Below are positions 1 to 8,867 of a stretch of 60,083 bases of DNA, piece by piece; positions within the stretch are counted from its first letter, which is position 1; every line of letters starts with the position of its first letter. Where the stretch lies: positions 1 to 60,083 of the forward strand of contig JAAXGT010000091.1 in NCBI GenBank assembly GCA_012271205.1, in the 5' to 3' direction. The stretch is from Rhodothermales bacterium (lineage in GTDB: Bacteria; Bacteroidota; Rhodothermia; Rhodothermales; Bin80). Position numbers and translations under genes: made by a program. The notes under the pieces were generated by a model that worked only from the letters and a program-made list of their open reading frames with translations, ran no database searches and was not told where the DNA came from.

Positions 1-893
1 CCATTGCAATGGCCGTGCAGTCCATTACGGCGGGGTTCGCAGGATGCATCATAGCCGGGGGCACAGAGTCTATGACACTCGTACCCATGTCCGGATATTA
101 CTTTCAGCCGGATCCGGATATCGCGGATGTACGCCCGGAGGTCTACGTGTCCATGGGCAATACGGCGGAAAACCTGGCGGAGAAATACCATATCGTGCGA
201 GAGGATCAGGATCGGTTTGCTCTTCAATCCCACCAGCGCGCGCTGACAGCCATTGCGGAAGGCCGGTTTGAGGACGAACTGGTCCCGCTGGAGGTAACCT
301 GCACCATGTTAAGTAATGGACGGTTGCACACAGCAAATCAGACGTTCAGCGTTGATGAGGGGCCGCGCCCAGACTCCAGTCTTCAGGCTTTGGCAAAGCT
401 GCGACCGGTGTTCCGGAGAAACGGGACGGTCACGGCGGGCAATGCCTCACAAATGTCAGATGGAGCTGCAGCCACCGTCGTAATGCGAGAGGATATGGCT
501 GCTCGCCTGAATTTGGTGCCACTGGCACGCATGACAGGCTTTGCAGTTGCTGGCGTGCCTCCGGAAATCATGGGGATAGGCCCGGTTCCGGCAATACGTA
601 AGGTGCTGAGGCAGACGGACCTGACATTAGGCGATATTGGCCTTGTAGAGCTTAACGAAGCGTTTGCTGTGCAGGCCTTGGCAGTGATTCAAGAGGCTGA
701 ACTGGACGAAAACATAGTCAATGTCAATGGAGGTGCGGTTGCGCTCGGACATCCGCTTGGATGCACGGGTGCAAAGCTTACGGCGACCCTGTTGCACGAA
801 ATGAAGCGGCGTGGCGTGCGTTACGGACTGTGCACCATGTGTATTGGGGGTGGCATGGGCGCCGCCGCCATTTTCGAAAATCTGACCCTGTAA
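1..893 (+). CDS. fadA: acetyl-CoA C-acyltransferase (thiolase), 5' end outside window
   Basis: Thiolase motifs GGTESM, TAGNASQMSDGAAA, ELNEAFA, NVNGGAVALGHPLG and CIGGGMG. The N-terminal catalytic Cys region is missing, so the gene begins before base 1. Confidence 0.95.
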   Translation, partial: IAMAVQSITAGFAGCIIAGGTESMTLVPMSGYYFQPDPDIADVRPEVYVSMGNTAENLAEKYHIVREDQDRFALQSHQRALTAIAEGRFEDELVPLEVTCTMLSNGRLHTANQTFSVDEGPRPDSSLQALAKLRPVFRRNGTVTAGNASQMSDGAAATVVMREDMAARLNLVPLARMTGFAVAGVPPEIMGIGPVPAIRKVLRQTDLTLGDIGLVELNEAFAVQALAVIQEAELDENIVNVNGGAVALGHPLGCTGAKLTATLLHEMKRRGVRYGLCTMCIGGGMGAAAIFENLTL

Positions 894-3343
894 TGAATCT
901 GGCAGACTGGGCGCCATACTATGGCGCGCTTGATGCGTACCTGTGGCAGGGGATTGTAGTCGCCGCTGTAATTCTGATCCTTCTGAGCTTCACAGGCGCA
1001 AGGCTTGGGCTGTCTTTGGCTGTCATGCTCGCGGCGCTGTATGTGTTGGGAGCACCGGCTCTGGTCATAGGGATTTTAACGGCAGTAGCGGCGCTGATTG
1101 TCGTGCGGTCCGTGCGTAGAACAGTGATCAGCGGTCCTCTAATGCGCCTGATCGCGCGCATGGGCCTGCTTCCCGTTATCTCTGAAACTGAGCGCGCGGC
1201 CATCGAGGCCGGAACAGTCTGGGTGGAGGGCGAACTGTTTTCCGGCAAGCCGAACTGGCGTCGGATGCTGGAAGCTGCTTACCCTAGACTTACGGAAGCA
1301 GAGCAGGCCTATCTGGACGGACCTGTTGAGGAGCTGTGCGCACAGGTGGATGACTGGAGAGTATGGGCCGACCGTGCCTTTACAGATGAAGTCTGGGACA
1401 TTATCCGGCGTGAGAAGCTCTTTGGCATGATTATTCCTCCGAAGTATAGGGGAAAAGGCTTTTCTGCGATGGCCAACAGCGCAGTGGTGCAAAAGCTGCA
1501 GTCCCGCTGTATGCCACTGGCCACGACCGTAATGGTCCCCAACTCTCTTGGGCCGGCGGAACTGCTTGTTCATTATGGCACGCAGGCGCAACGCGACCAC
1601 TTTTTGCCCAAACTGGCGGACGCCACGTTTATCCCCGCGTTTGCGCTGACTGAACCCGGTGCCGGTTCTGATGCAGGCGCTATTGCCGCCGATGGCGTGC
1701 TATTCAAGGATGAGGCCGGCAAACTCAAAATCAGGCTGAATTTTCAGAAGCGCTATATAACACTTGCGGCCATAGCCCACGTGCTGGGACTGGCGTTCAA
1801 GCTTCGCGATCCAGATAATCTTCTGGGTCGGGGAGAGGATCTGGGAATCACCTGTGCGCTCATCCCCTCCAATACGCCCGGGATAGTGCGAGGCCGCCGG
1901 CATGATCCGCTGGGAGCGCCGTTTGTCAACGCGCCGTTTGAGGGCACGGACGTCATCGTGCCAATAGATGCGATCATTGGTGAAGCGGAAGGCGCCGGGC
2001 ACGGCTGGCGGATGCTCATGGAATGTTTGGCCGCGGGACGGGGCATCTCACTGCCGGCTTCCGCACTAGGAGGAGCAAAGCTCGTATTCCTTGTGGCTTC
2101 GGCACATGCCGCCGTCCGCCGCCAGTTCGGGCTGCCTATCGGCCGCTTTGAGGGCGTCCAAGAGGTGCTCGCACGAATCGGAGGTTGGACCTACCTGATG
2201 GATGCTACGCGCATTTACACGCTTGGGGCCATCGATCAAGGGGCCGCGCCGGCTGTCGTCACGGCCATCGTCAAGTATAACCTCACGGAGCTTGGACGTG
2301 AGATTATACGAGATGGTATGGACATTCTGGGGGGCAACGCCATTTCGTCCGGACCGCGCAACCTGTTGGCCCATGCTTACATCAGCAATCCGATTGCTAT
2401 CACGGTGGAGGGGGCCAATATTCTGACACGTACCCTGATAATTTTTGGGCAGGGTGCGATCCGGTGCCATCCGTGGGCCTATAAGGAAATCGTCGCGTTA
2501 CGGTCAGGGGATGTCCAAGCATTTGATGAGGCCTTCTGGGGGCATATGGGGCACATCGTGCGCAATGCGGTGCGCAGCAAACTGCTCAGCTTAACGCGTG
2601 GGTATTTGGCTCGCGTTCCCGTGCGCGGACCTTCCCGGCGCTATGTTCGCCGCCTTACCTGGGTTTCGGCATCGTTCGCAATCCTCGCGGACGTGGCAAT
2701 GGTGTCGCTGGGTGGAGACCTCAAGCGCAAGGAAGCCCTCACGGGCCGGTTTGCAGATGTTTTTTCCTGGATGTATATGGCTGCTGCGACCATCCGCCGG
2801 TTTGAAGCAGAAGGGCGGCGCAAGGAAGATTTGCCGTTTTTCCAATGGTCCATGGAATATATGCTGCAAAAGATCCAAACCGCTTTTGAAGGATTGCTGC
2901 TAAACCTCCGCATGCCAGGACTCACATGGGTGCTGCGCGGGCCTGCATTCTGGTTTCACCGCCTGAATCCGTTTGGACGCGGTCCTTCTGATGCGTTGGG
3001 GCAGCGTGTGGCGCGGCTGATGCAGACGCCAAGCGAGCAAAGGCGCCGCCTGACGGATGGGGCCTATGTGCCACAGGATACGGATGAATCGCTCGGGCTG
3101 CTGGAGGCGGCCCTTGAAGGCGCGGCCAAGGCACGCGGCGTCGAATCCAAGGTTTCGTCCGCAATTCGTTCGGGCGCACTCGCTCGGAGGCCCAAATCAA
3201 CCCGGATCGACCGGGCGCAAGCCGCTGGCTTGATCACATCGGCAGAAGCTGAACTGGTGCGAAGTGCAGCGGCGTTGTCCTGGAAGGCAATTCAGGTTGA
3301 CGACTTTGATCAGGATTCTTATGAGTGTCATCATCGCACCTAA
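893..3343 (+). CDS. fadE: long-chain acyl-CoA dehydrogenase, FadE type with membrane N-terminus
   Basis: Motifs VMVPNSLGPAELL, FALTEPGAGSDA, KRYITLA, RRQFGLPIGRFEGV and ITVEGANILTR. ATG at 893 overlaps the thiolase stop (TAATG). Confidence 0.93.
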   Translation: MNLADWAPYYGALDAYLWQGIVVAAVILILLSFTGARLGLSLAVMLAALYVLGAPALVIGILTAVAALIVVRSVRRTVISGPLMRLIARMGLLPVISETERAAIEAGTVWVEGELFSGKPNWRRMLEAAYPRLTEAEQAYLDGPVEELCAQVDDWRVWADRAFTDEVWDIIRREKLFGMIIPPKYRGKGFSAMANSAVVQKLQSRCMPLATTVMVPNSLGPAELLVHYGTQAQRDHFLPKLADATFIPAFALTEPGAGSDAGAIAADGVLFKDEAGKLKIRLNFQKRYITLAAIAHVLGLAFKLRDPDNLLGRGEDLGITCALIPSNTPGIVRGRRHDPLGAPFVNAPFEGTDVIVPIDAIIGEAEGAGHGWRMLMECLAAGRGISLPASALGGAKLVFLVASAHAAVRRQFGLPIGRFEGVQEVLARIGGWTYLMDATRIYTLGAIDQGAAPAVVTAIVKYNLTELGREIIRDGMDILGGNAISSGPRNLLAHAYISNPIAITVEGANILTRTLIIFGQGAIRCHPWAYKEIVALRSGDVQAFDEAFWGHMGHIVRNAVRSKLLSLTRGYLARVPVRGPSRRYVRRLTWVSASFAILADVAMVSLGGDLKRKEALTGRFADVFSWMYMAAATIRRFEAEGRRKEDLPFFQWSMEYMLQKIQTAFEGLLLNLRMPGLTWVLRGPAFWFHRLNPFGRGPSDALGQRVARLMQTPSEQRRRLTDGAYVPQDTDESLGLLEAALEGAAKARGVESKVSSAIRSGALARRPKSTRIDRAQAAGLITSAEAELVRSAAALSWKAIQVDDFDQDSYECHHRT

Positions 3344-3372
3344 CAATTTGCAACCAAGCTCACGTCAGGCCA

Positions 3373-3810
3373 ATGGACTTCTTATGGCAACTATTGATCT
3401 TTTTGCATGTCGTTACTGCAGCAGCCTGGTTTGGCCTCAGCCTTAGGTTAGGCAGCCAGGCGCGTCTGGCTGCTGCTGGCGAATCGGCAATCTTGGAAGA
3501 AGGAGCACACGCCGTCCGTCTGATGAATCTGATGGTACTCTTGACGTTCGTTTTCTCCATGGGAGCGTTGCTATTGGGCGGAGGCTATCCGAGCCAGATG
3601 CAGTACCATGTGGCTTCTCTGCTTATTGTATTGCTCGCCGTAGTGCAATTTGCACTGATTCGTCCGGCATGGGCCCGCTTGGGTACCGAGGTCAAAGAAG
3701 GGAAGGAGGCCTCGGCCCGCAGGGTAGCCATGTTTGCAGGCATTGGGCACTTAATGTGGCTTGTCATGCTGGTCCTTATGTTCTGGAACCGGTTCGCTGC
3801 GGTTTTGTAA
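3373..3810 (+). CDS. four-helix membrane protein of unknown function
   Basis: Four hydrophobic segments and an 'FLHVVTAAAWFG' start typical of CopD/DUF2269-like membrane proteins. Start taken at ATG 3373. Confidence 0.7.
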   Translation: MDFLWQLLIFLHVVTAAAWFGLSLRLGSQARLAAAGESAILEEGAHAVRLMNLMVLLTFVFSMGALLLGGGYPSQMQYHVASLLIVLLAVVQFALIRPAWARLGTEVKEGKEASARRVAMFAGIGHLMWLVMLVLMFWNRFAAVL

Positions 3811-3859
3811 GATCTGGACCGGCATTTATCGTGTAATTTTAATCTACTCTTTGGCGGCT

Positions 3860-4054
3860 ATGGCTACAGCGCGTATGAACGAGAGTTGGCGTCAGGTGCG
3901 GAGTCAAATTGAATCTATTTGGAGCGAGACGGTATTTGAGGACGCGGAAATGAAGAAGGCACGGGGCAATATGAGGAAGATGGTGAAGCTAATCCACGAA
4001 AAGACCGGCGAGCCGTCCAACGAGATTTTCCAGAAAATAAGCGCGATCATTTAA
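3860..4054 (+). CDS. small CsbD-like protein
   Basis: 64 aa 'MNESWRQVRSQIESIW...KKARGNMRKMVKLIHEKTGE' resembles the CsbD/YjbJ pattern. Confidence 0.6.
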   Translation: MATARMNESWRQVRSQIESIWSETVFEDAEMKKARGNMRKMVKLIHEKTGEPSNEIFQKISAII

Positions 4055-4090
4055 GCGCTTCGTTGCGGCACAGCCATCAAAAGTGCGCAG

Positions 4091-6112
4091 GTGCGCACGC
4101 AAACTGCGATGGCTTGGCTATTGGCTTTATTGCTTTTGGGGCAGTCGGCAGGCGACTTGGAGGCTGCCAGGCGAGCAGTAAGTGCGCACGATTATGCACA
4201 CGCCGTTACTCTGCTGGACGCCTATCTTGAGACGGACAGCGATCATCCGGAAGCTCGCTACTTGCGCGGGATTGCATTCCGGGAGCTTGGTCGTCTCCCG
4301 ACGCTGGAGACCCGGCTTAAACGGTATCTGTATAAGGGGACGCTGGATTTTGAGCACGTGCTCGCGCGGGATTCCACCTACCAAGATGTATTGTATCAGT
4401 ATGCCCTGCTCAAGTGGTATACCAACGATCTTCCGACAGCCATACAACTCGGAGAGGCCCAGCTTCGGCACAGGCCGGATTTGGAGTATGTCCTGCCGGG
4501 CGTCTTGTTACTTTACTGGCGTTTCATAGTGCAGACCCCGCCTGAGGAAGCCCGACTTTGGTTGCGTGCGCAGGATGACTATCTAACGCCCGTTTTCATC
4601 GGCAAGGCGTACGAGCGTCAGAGTTTCTTTGACGCGGCAGAGCAAGTGTACGTGGAGTTCATAAAGCGCGAGGCTTCCGGCGATGGCATGGCCCATGTAC
4701 CAGCTCTGCTCGCTTTGGCCCGGCTGGACTTTGCACGTAATCGGCCAGAAGCCGGTACGGATGGAGTGCTTGCGGCTGCGGCGGAGATCCGCTCGCGTAC
4801 CGATGCACTTGTGCTGTTCGATGAAATCAAGACCATTGCCACCCCGGCTGAAGTGGCCGAGTTCGGGCGGATTGATCGCATCGCTGACTATCGCTCTTTT
4901 TTCCAGGTGTTCTGGACAAGCCGGGATCCGATGCCGGCTGCACCTTTCAACGCACGTATGGCCGAGCATTACCGCCGGTTGCGTGAAGCTGAGCGTCACT
5001 ATCTGTTTAACGGATTCCGATCCTGGCACAAGAGCCCCTTTACGTACGATGCCTCGTACTTCCCGGAGACGTATGCCTTGAGTCATGATTTTAATGACCG
5101 GGGCGCCATCTTTATCCGCCATGGAGAGCCGGACGACTACACACACGGAGAGTCAAACACGTGGTTGTATCATGATTCGATGCTGGTATTTCACTTTGCG
5201 CCGACCTGCTTCGGAGGCGTTTGCGGTGTCACCGAGCATTTTGTGCCGAGACCCCAGGGAGAAACTTTTGCGGCTGGCATAATCGGGGCAGACCTGTTCG
5301 AAATGGAGCAACGAGCCCTTGAGTCATTGGCGCAAGGACTAAGCAGCGACCGGCACACATGGCCTTCGGATACGCGGTACTGGGAAGTACCTTATGTGGT
5401 TGCGGCGTTCCGGGGATTGGACAACCACGCACTGGTAGAGGTGTACTACGGCGTGCCTTTACAGGAAACGGCACGCGTGCGCGGCTCGGATTCCATTACC
5501 GTGGAAACGGGTTTTGTTGTGCACACGGACAAGTGGCAACGCATCGGATATGTGCGCGAGCGCCGTAATTACCTGCGGGGGGACGACGGTTACGTAGACC
5601 GGTTTCAGATAGATTTGGAACCTGCACCCTATCACTTGGGCCTCCATGCGCGGGTAATAAACGGAGTGCATTTGGCTGCTCATCGTTTTGAATACCAGCC
5701 CCGGCGATTCGGTGGCTATGGCCTGAAGGTGAGCGACACGCTTCTGGCCGACAGTGTGGATGCTCTGCCGGACGCAAAAGTCAGGGAGGACGTGCTGGTG
5801 CACGTTAATCCCGCCAGCACGTTTGGCTCCTCGATGTATGTCTACTTTGAGGTATACGATTTGCAGTTGGCGCCGGATGGTCAAACGCGGTATCGGGTGT
5901 CGTACAGACTTGTGCCGGAGAGGGAAGGAGAGGAGGCATCGATCACGCTGCAGACCGATGACCAGCGTGGCCTGAACGTGTCACCGATCGAGTATGTGGC
6001 CATAGATCTGACTGACGTGCCGGCTGGCGATTACACGCTAGAGGTCACTGTTACCGATCAAGAAAGTGGGGCTGAAGTCAGCGCAAGCCGTTCTCTGTCT
6101 GTGGATCGGTAG
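4091..6112 (+). CDS. TPR + GWxTD domain-containing exported protein
   Basis: Signal peptide and TPR-like helices, 'FWTSRDPMP...N.RMAEHYRR', 'NDRGAIFIRHGEPD', and an Ig-like C-terminus (GDYTLEVTVTD). Confidence 0.8.
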   Translation: MRTQTAMAWLLALLLLGQSAGDLEAARRAVSAHDYAHAVTLLDAYLETDSDHPEARYLRGIAFRELGRLPTLETRLKRYLYKGTLDFEHVLARDSTYQDVLYQYALLKWYTNDLPTAIQLGEAQLRHRPDLEYVLPGVLLLYWRFIVQTPPEEARLWLRAQDDYLTPVFIGKAYERQSFFDAAEQVYVEFIKREASGDGMAHVPALLALARLDFARNRPEAGTDGVLAAAAEIRSRTDALVLFDEIKTIATPAEVAEFGRIDRIADYRSFFQVFWTSRDPMPAAPFNARMAEHYRRLREAERHYLFNGFRSWHKSPFTYDASYFPETYALSHDFNDRGAIFIRHGEPDDYTHGESNTWLYHDSMLVFHFAPTCFGGVCGVTEHFVPRPQGETFAAGIIGADLFEMEQRALESLAQGLSSDRHTWPSDTRYWEVPYVVAAFRGLDNHALVEVYYGVPLQETARVRGSDSITVETGFVVHTDKWQRIGYVRERRNYLRGDDGYVDRFQIDLEPAPYHLGLHARVINGVHLAAHRFEYQPRRFGGYGLKVSDTLLADSVDALPDAKVREDVLVHVNPASTFGSSMYVYFEVYDLQLAPDGQTRYRVSYRLVPEREGEEASITLQTDDQRGLNVSPIEYVAIDLTDVPAGDYTLEVTVTDQESGAEVSASRSLSVDR

Positions 6113-6227
6113 CTGATTACAAGAGATCAGCTATAAGGGACTTTCGAAGGAGGTCGGCTGCTGGAAGCATAATGGGGTCTCGTACTGGTCCAAGGTGCGC
6201 ATGCTTAAAATGGAAGGCTGTTCGCGT

Positions 6228-6311
6228 ACCTGTCAGATATCATGGCATGGCTGTCCGGGTAAGGCACGCATCCCCCGACCCGGAACATTCCATGCTATGA
6301 TATCTGTTAGG
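6228..6311. repeat. long imperfect inverted repeat / hairpin
   Basis: CAGATATCATGGCATGG (6234-6250) pairs with CCATGCTATGATATCTG (6290-6306) with one G-T wobble. Inner stem TCCGGGT/ACCCGGA. Confidence 0.85.
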
Positions 6312-6354
6312 GTCAAGATCCAATGAAAGAGATTAGCTCATAGTGGGAGTTACA

Positions 6355-7488
6355 ATGGCTGCGATCGACTGGATCACTATTGAGGGATTTAGGAGCATTG
6401 CTTGTATAAAACGTTTGCGACTGCGGCCGATCAACGTGTTAATCGGTGCAAATGGATCAGGAAAGTCGAATTTTATCGGGGCATTTTCGTTCCTGAATGC
6501 TGTAAGGCTTGGACGACTACGCAACTACGTCCTGCGGGCAGGCGGAGCAGAGAGGATACTGCACTTTGGCTCAAGGAACACTTCCTTGATTAGGGCTCAT
6601 ATTTCGTTTGAAAATGAACGAAATCGATATGAGATAGAGCTAAGCTCTGATGAATCAGACGGTCTGTTTCCATCTCGAGAAGCCGTTTTTTTCTGGGATA
6701 AGTCCCAACATCCAACTCCATACAGTAAATCGCTTGCTCCTTACCAAGGTGAGGCCAGAATTAGTGCTCCTGAACCCCAATACGGAGTTGCTGCCTACGT
6801 TCAAGGACATCTGGATAGTTGGCGCTTGTTTCATTTTCATGACACCAGTACCAACTCACCGATGAAGAAAACGGCAGATGTACATGACAATCGCCGCCTG
6901 CGTTCTAATGGTTCCAATCTGGCCTCCTATTTGTATTTCCTCCGTGAGAAGCATTATCAATCGTATGAGCTAATTCGACGTACTATACGACTGGCAGCAC
7001 CCTTTTTTCAGGATTTTCATTTAGAGCCCCAAGTGCTCAACGAGGACAAAATCCGCCTAGAGTGGAGGCATCTAGGGTCGGATGCGTACTTTGACTCTTC
7101 TTCTCTCTCCGACGGAACTTTGCGCTTTATGGCTCTTGCCACCTTGCTCCTCCAGCCATCCGATTATCAGCCGTCAGCCATAGTCATGGACGAGCCTGAA
7201 CTCGGATTGCATCCTGTGGCGATTACGCTTTTGGCATCTCTTGTCAGACAGGCGTCGGCGACTACTCAAATCATTCTAGCCACCCAATCGTCTCTGTTGC
7301 TAGATCATTTTAGCCCGGAAGACGTGCTTATAGCGGATCGCAAGAATGGGCAGACGGAACTGACGAGGTTGAAATCGGAGGAACTTCAGGACTGGCTGGA
7401 TGACTACAGCCTTGGCCAACTTTGGGAGAAAAACGAGTTTGGAGGACGCCCTGCGTCCGAAAACGGGGGACGAGCAGTGTCACCATGA
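6355..7488 (+). CDS. AAA_21 / AbiEii-like ABC ATPase
   Basis: 'ITIEGFRSI', Walker A GANGSGKS, signature LSDGTLRF, Walker B MDEPELGLHP, 'ATQS'. Confidence 0.9.
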   Translation: MAAIDWITIEGFRSIACIKRLRLRPINVLIGANGSGKSNFIGAFSFLNAVRLGRLRNYVLRAGGAERILHFGSRNTSLIRAHISFENERNRYEIELSSDESDGLFPSREAVFFWDKSQHPTPYSKSLAPYQGEARISAPEPQYGVAAYVQGHLDSWRLFHFHDTSTNSPMKKTADVHDNRRLRSNGSNLASYLYFLREKHYQSYELIRRTIRLAAPFFQDFHLEPQVLNEDKIRLEWRHLGSDAYFDSSSLSDGTLRFMALATLLLQPSDYQPSAIVMDEPELGLHPVAITLLASLVRQASATTQIILATQSSLLLDHFSPEDVLIADRKNGQTELTRLKSEELQDWLDDYSLGQLWEKNEFGGRPASENGGRAVSP

Positions 7489-8182
7489 GCCGACTTTTGG
7501 TCCACGTAGAGGGCGAGACTGAAGAGAGTTTCGTCAATGAGGTATTGGGGCCACATCTCTTCGAATTCGGATTCTGGGAGGTTGCTGCACGGTTACTGGG
7601 GAATGCCCGACAGCGTAGTCGCAGAGGAGGAATCTGTGGTTGGCCCTCAGTAAGGCGAGACATTGTGGGCCATCTCAAGGGGGACCCGACGTGCATCGCC
7701 ACGACAATGGTTGATTATTACGGACTCCCACAGGCCGGTGCCAGCGCATGGCCTGGGCGTACCGAAGCTTCCACTACTGTATTCGACAGAAAGGCGAGCC
7801 GCGTAGAGAATGCTGTATTGGAAGATGTGCGGAATGAAATGGGTGTCAACTTCGATTCGCGTCGTTTTATTCCGTACTTGATGATGCATGAATTCGAGGC
7901 ACTTCTTTTTAGCGACTGCGCAAAATTTGCCAGTGGTATCGGGCAGCCCGAACTAGCAGACAGATTTCAGAGAATCCGAGGCGACTTTGCAAGTCCGGAA
8001 GAGATAGACGACTCTCCAAATCATGCGCCCTCAAAGCGTATCGAGACCTTAGTAAGCGGGTACCCAAAAAAATTCATGGGACTCTAGCCGTTCTGGAAAT
8101 CGGGTTGCCGTCTATTCGCAGGGAATGTCTACATTTCTCCAGCTGGCTAAGTCAGCTGGAGGAGTTAGGGTTCGGCAATTAG
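7485..8182 (+). CDS. DUF4276 family (TOPRIM-like) protein, frameshifted at A7 run near the 3' end
   Basis: 'VHVEGETEE', 'TTMVDYYGLP', 'HEFEALLF', 'SPEEIDD...APSKRI'. Frame 0 stops at 8087; the -1 frame carries the expected tail IHG...IGLPSIRRECLHFSSWL to TAG 8182. ATGA overlap with the ATPase. Confidence 0.85.
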
Positions 8183-8207
8183 GGAGGGCGATCTGATCTC
8201 CATCCAG

Positions 8208-8385
8208 CGAAAGCGGTACCGTAATGTCTACCGCCGTTTGTCCTTGAAGACGCGCTTGGGGACGTTGGATTTACCGCAATGCCGGGACGGATCGTTTTCA
8301 ACTGAAGCACCTCTTCAAGATACAGGGGCTAATCCGAACAGGCATCATTCAAGATACAACACAACTCTTACCGGTTACGACATTC
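8208..8385 (+). mobile_element. IS256-family transposase remnant
   Basis: RKRYRNVYRRLSLKTRLGTLDLPQCRDGSFSTE matches the IS256 N-terminal motif RNGY..R.L.T..G.I.L.VPR.RDGSF. The rest of the transposase is absent and the right boundary is approximate. Confidence 0.7.
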
Positions 8386-8803
8386 AAAGGATCAGATGCC
8401 ACCCGGGGCGGACACACATGCCCGGCCCGGTCGATACGGTACGGGCTTGCCCAGCACGGTTAGTCCAAGTTTGGCGTGCATCGCGAAAAGGTGCTATTCT
8501 ACAACGGGGGTGAATGCCGCTCAATAACGGCCGCTCCGGTTGGCCACCTCCGTGGTGTGAATCGAGAAGCCAAGTCTCAACTGTGCTGTAAATTGAGACT
8601 TATATGAATCAGCCGAACGTCCTTCAATTCAAAATTCATTCAAGATATAACTATTTGTTTATTATAGACTTGAAGTATTTTGACTCGGTCACTACATCTA
8701 ACGTGCTTGGAAGAGGGACTAAAAGCGAGACACGTGATGAGAGCTGGAAGCAGCGGCTGGAGCACGTATTTTTGGTGCAGCCGTGGGGACTTTGTGGCAT
8801 TGG

Positions 8804-8820
8804 TTGTATGATGTGTGATA
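8804..8820. promoter_or_regulatory. candidate FadR/GntR operator half-match upstream of PL17
   Basis: TTGTATGATGTGTGATA shares GTATGATGT with the 22905 site and TGATGTGTGA with the 15095 site. Confidence 0.45.
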
Positions 8821-8867
8821 TATTGCCGTGACAAGAACCCTAATGCTCACGAGTAAAAGTAGCGTAA

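Noticed and set aside
761-892. Upstream extension of the fadE ORF
   Set aside because: Overlaps the thiolase C-terminus; ATG 893 in a TAATG junction is the more plausible start.
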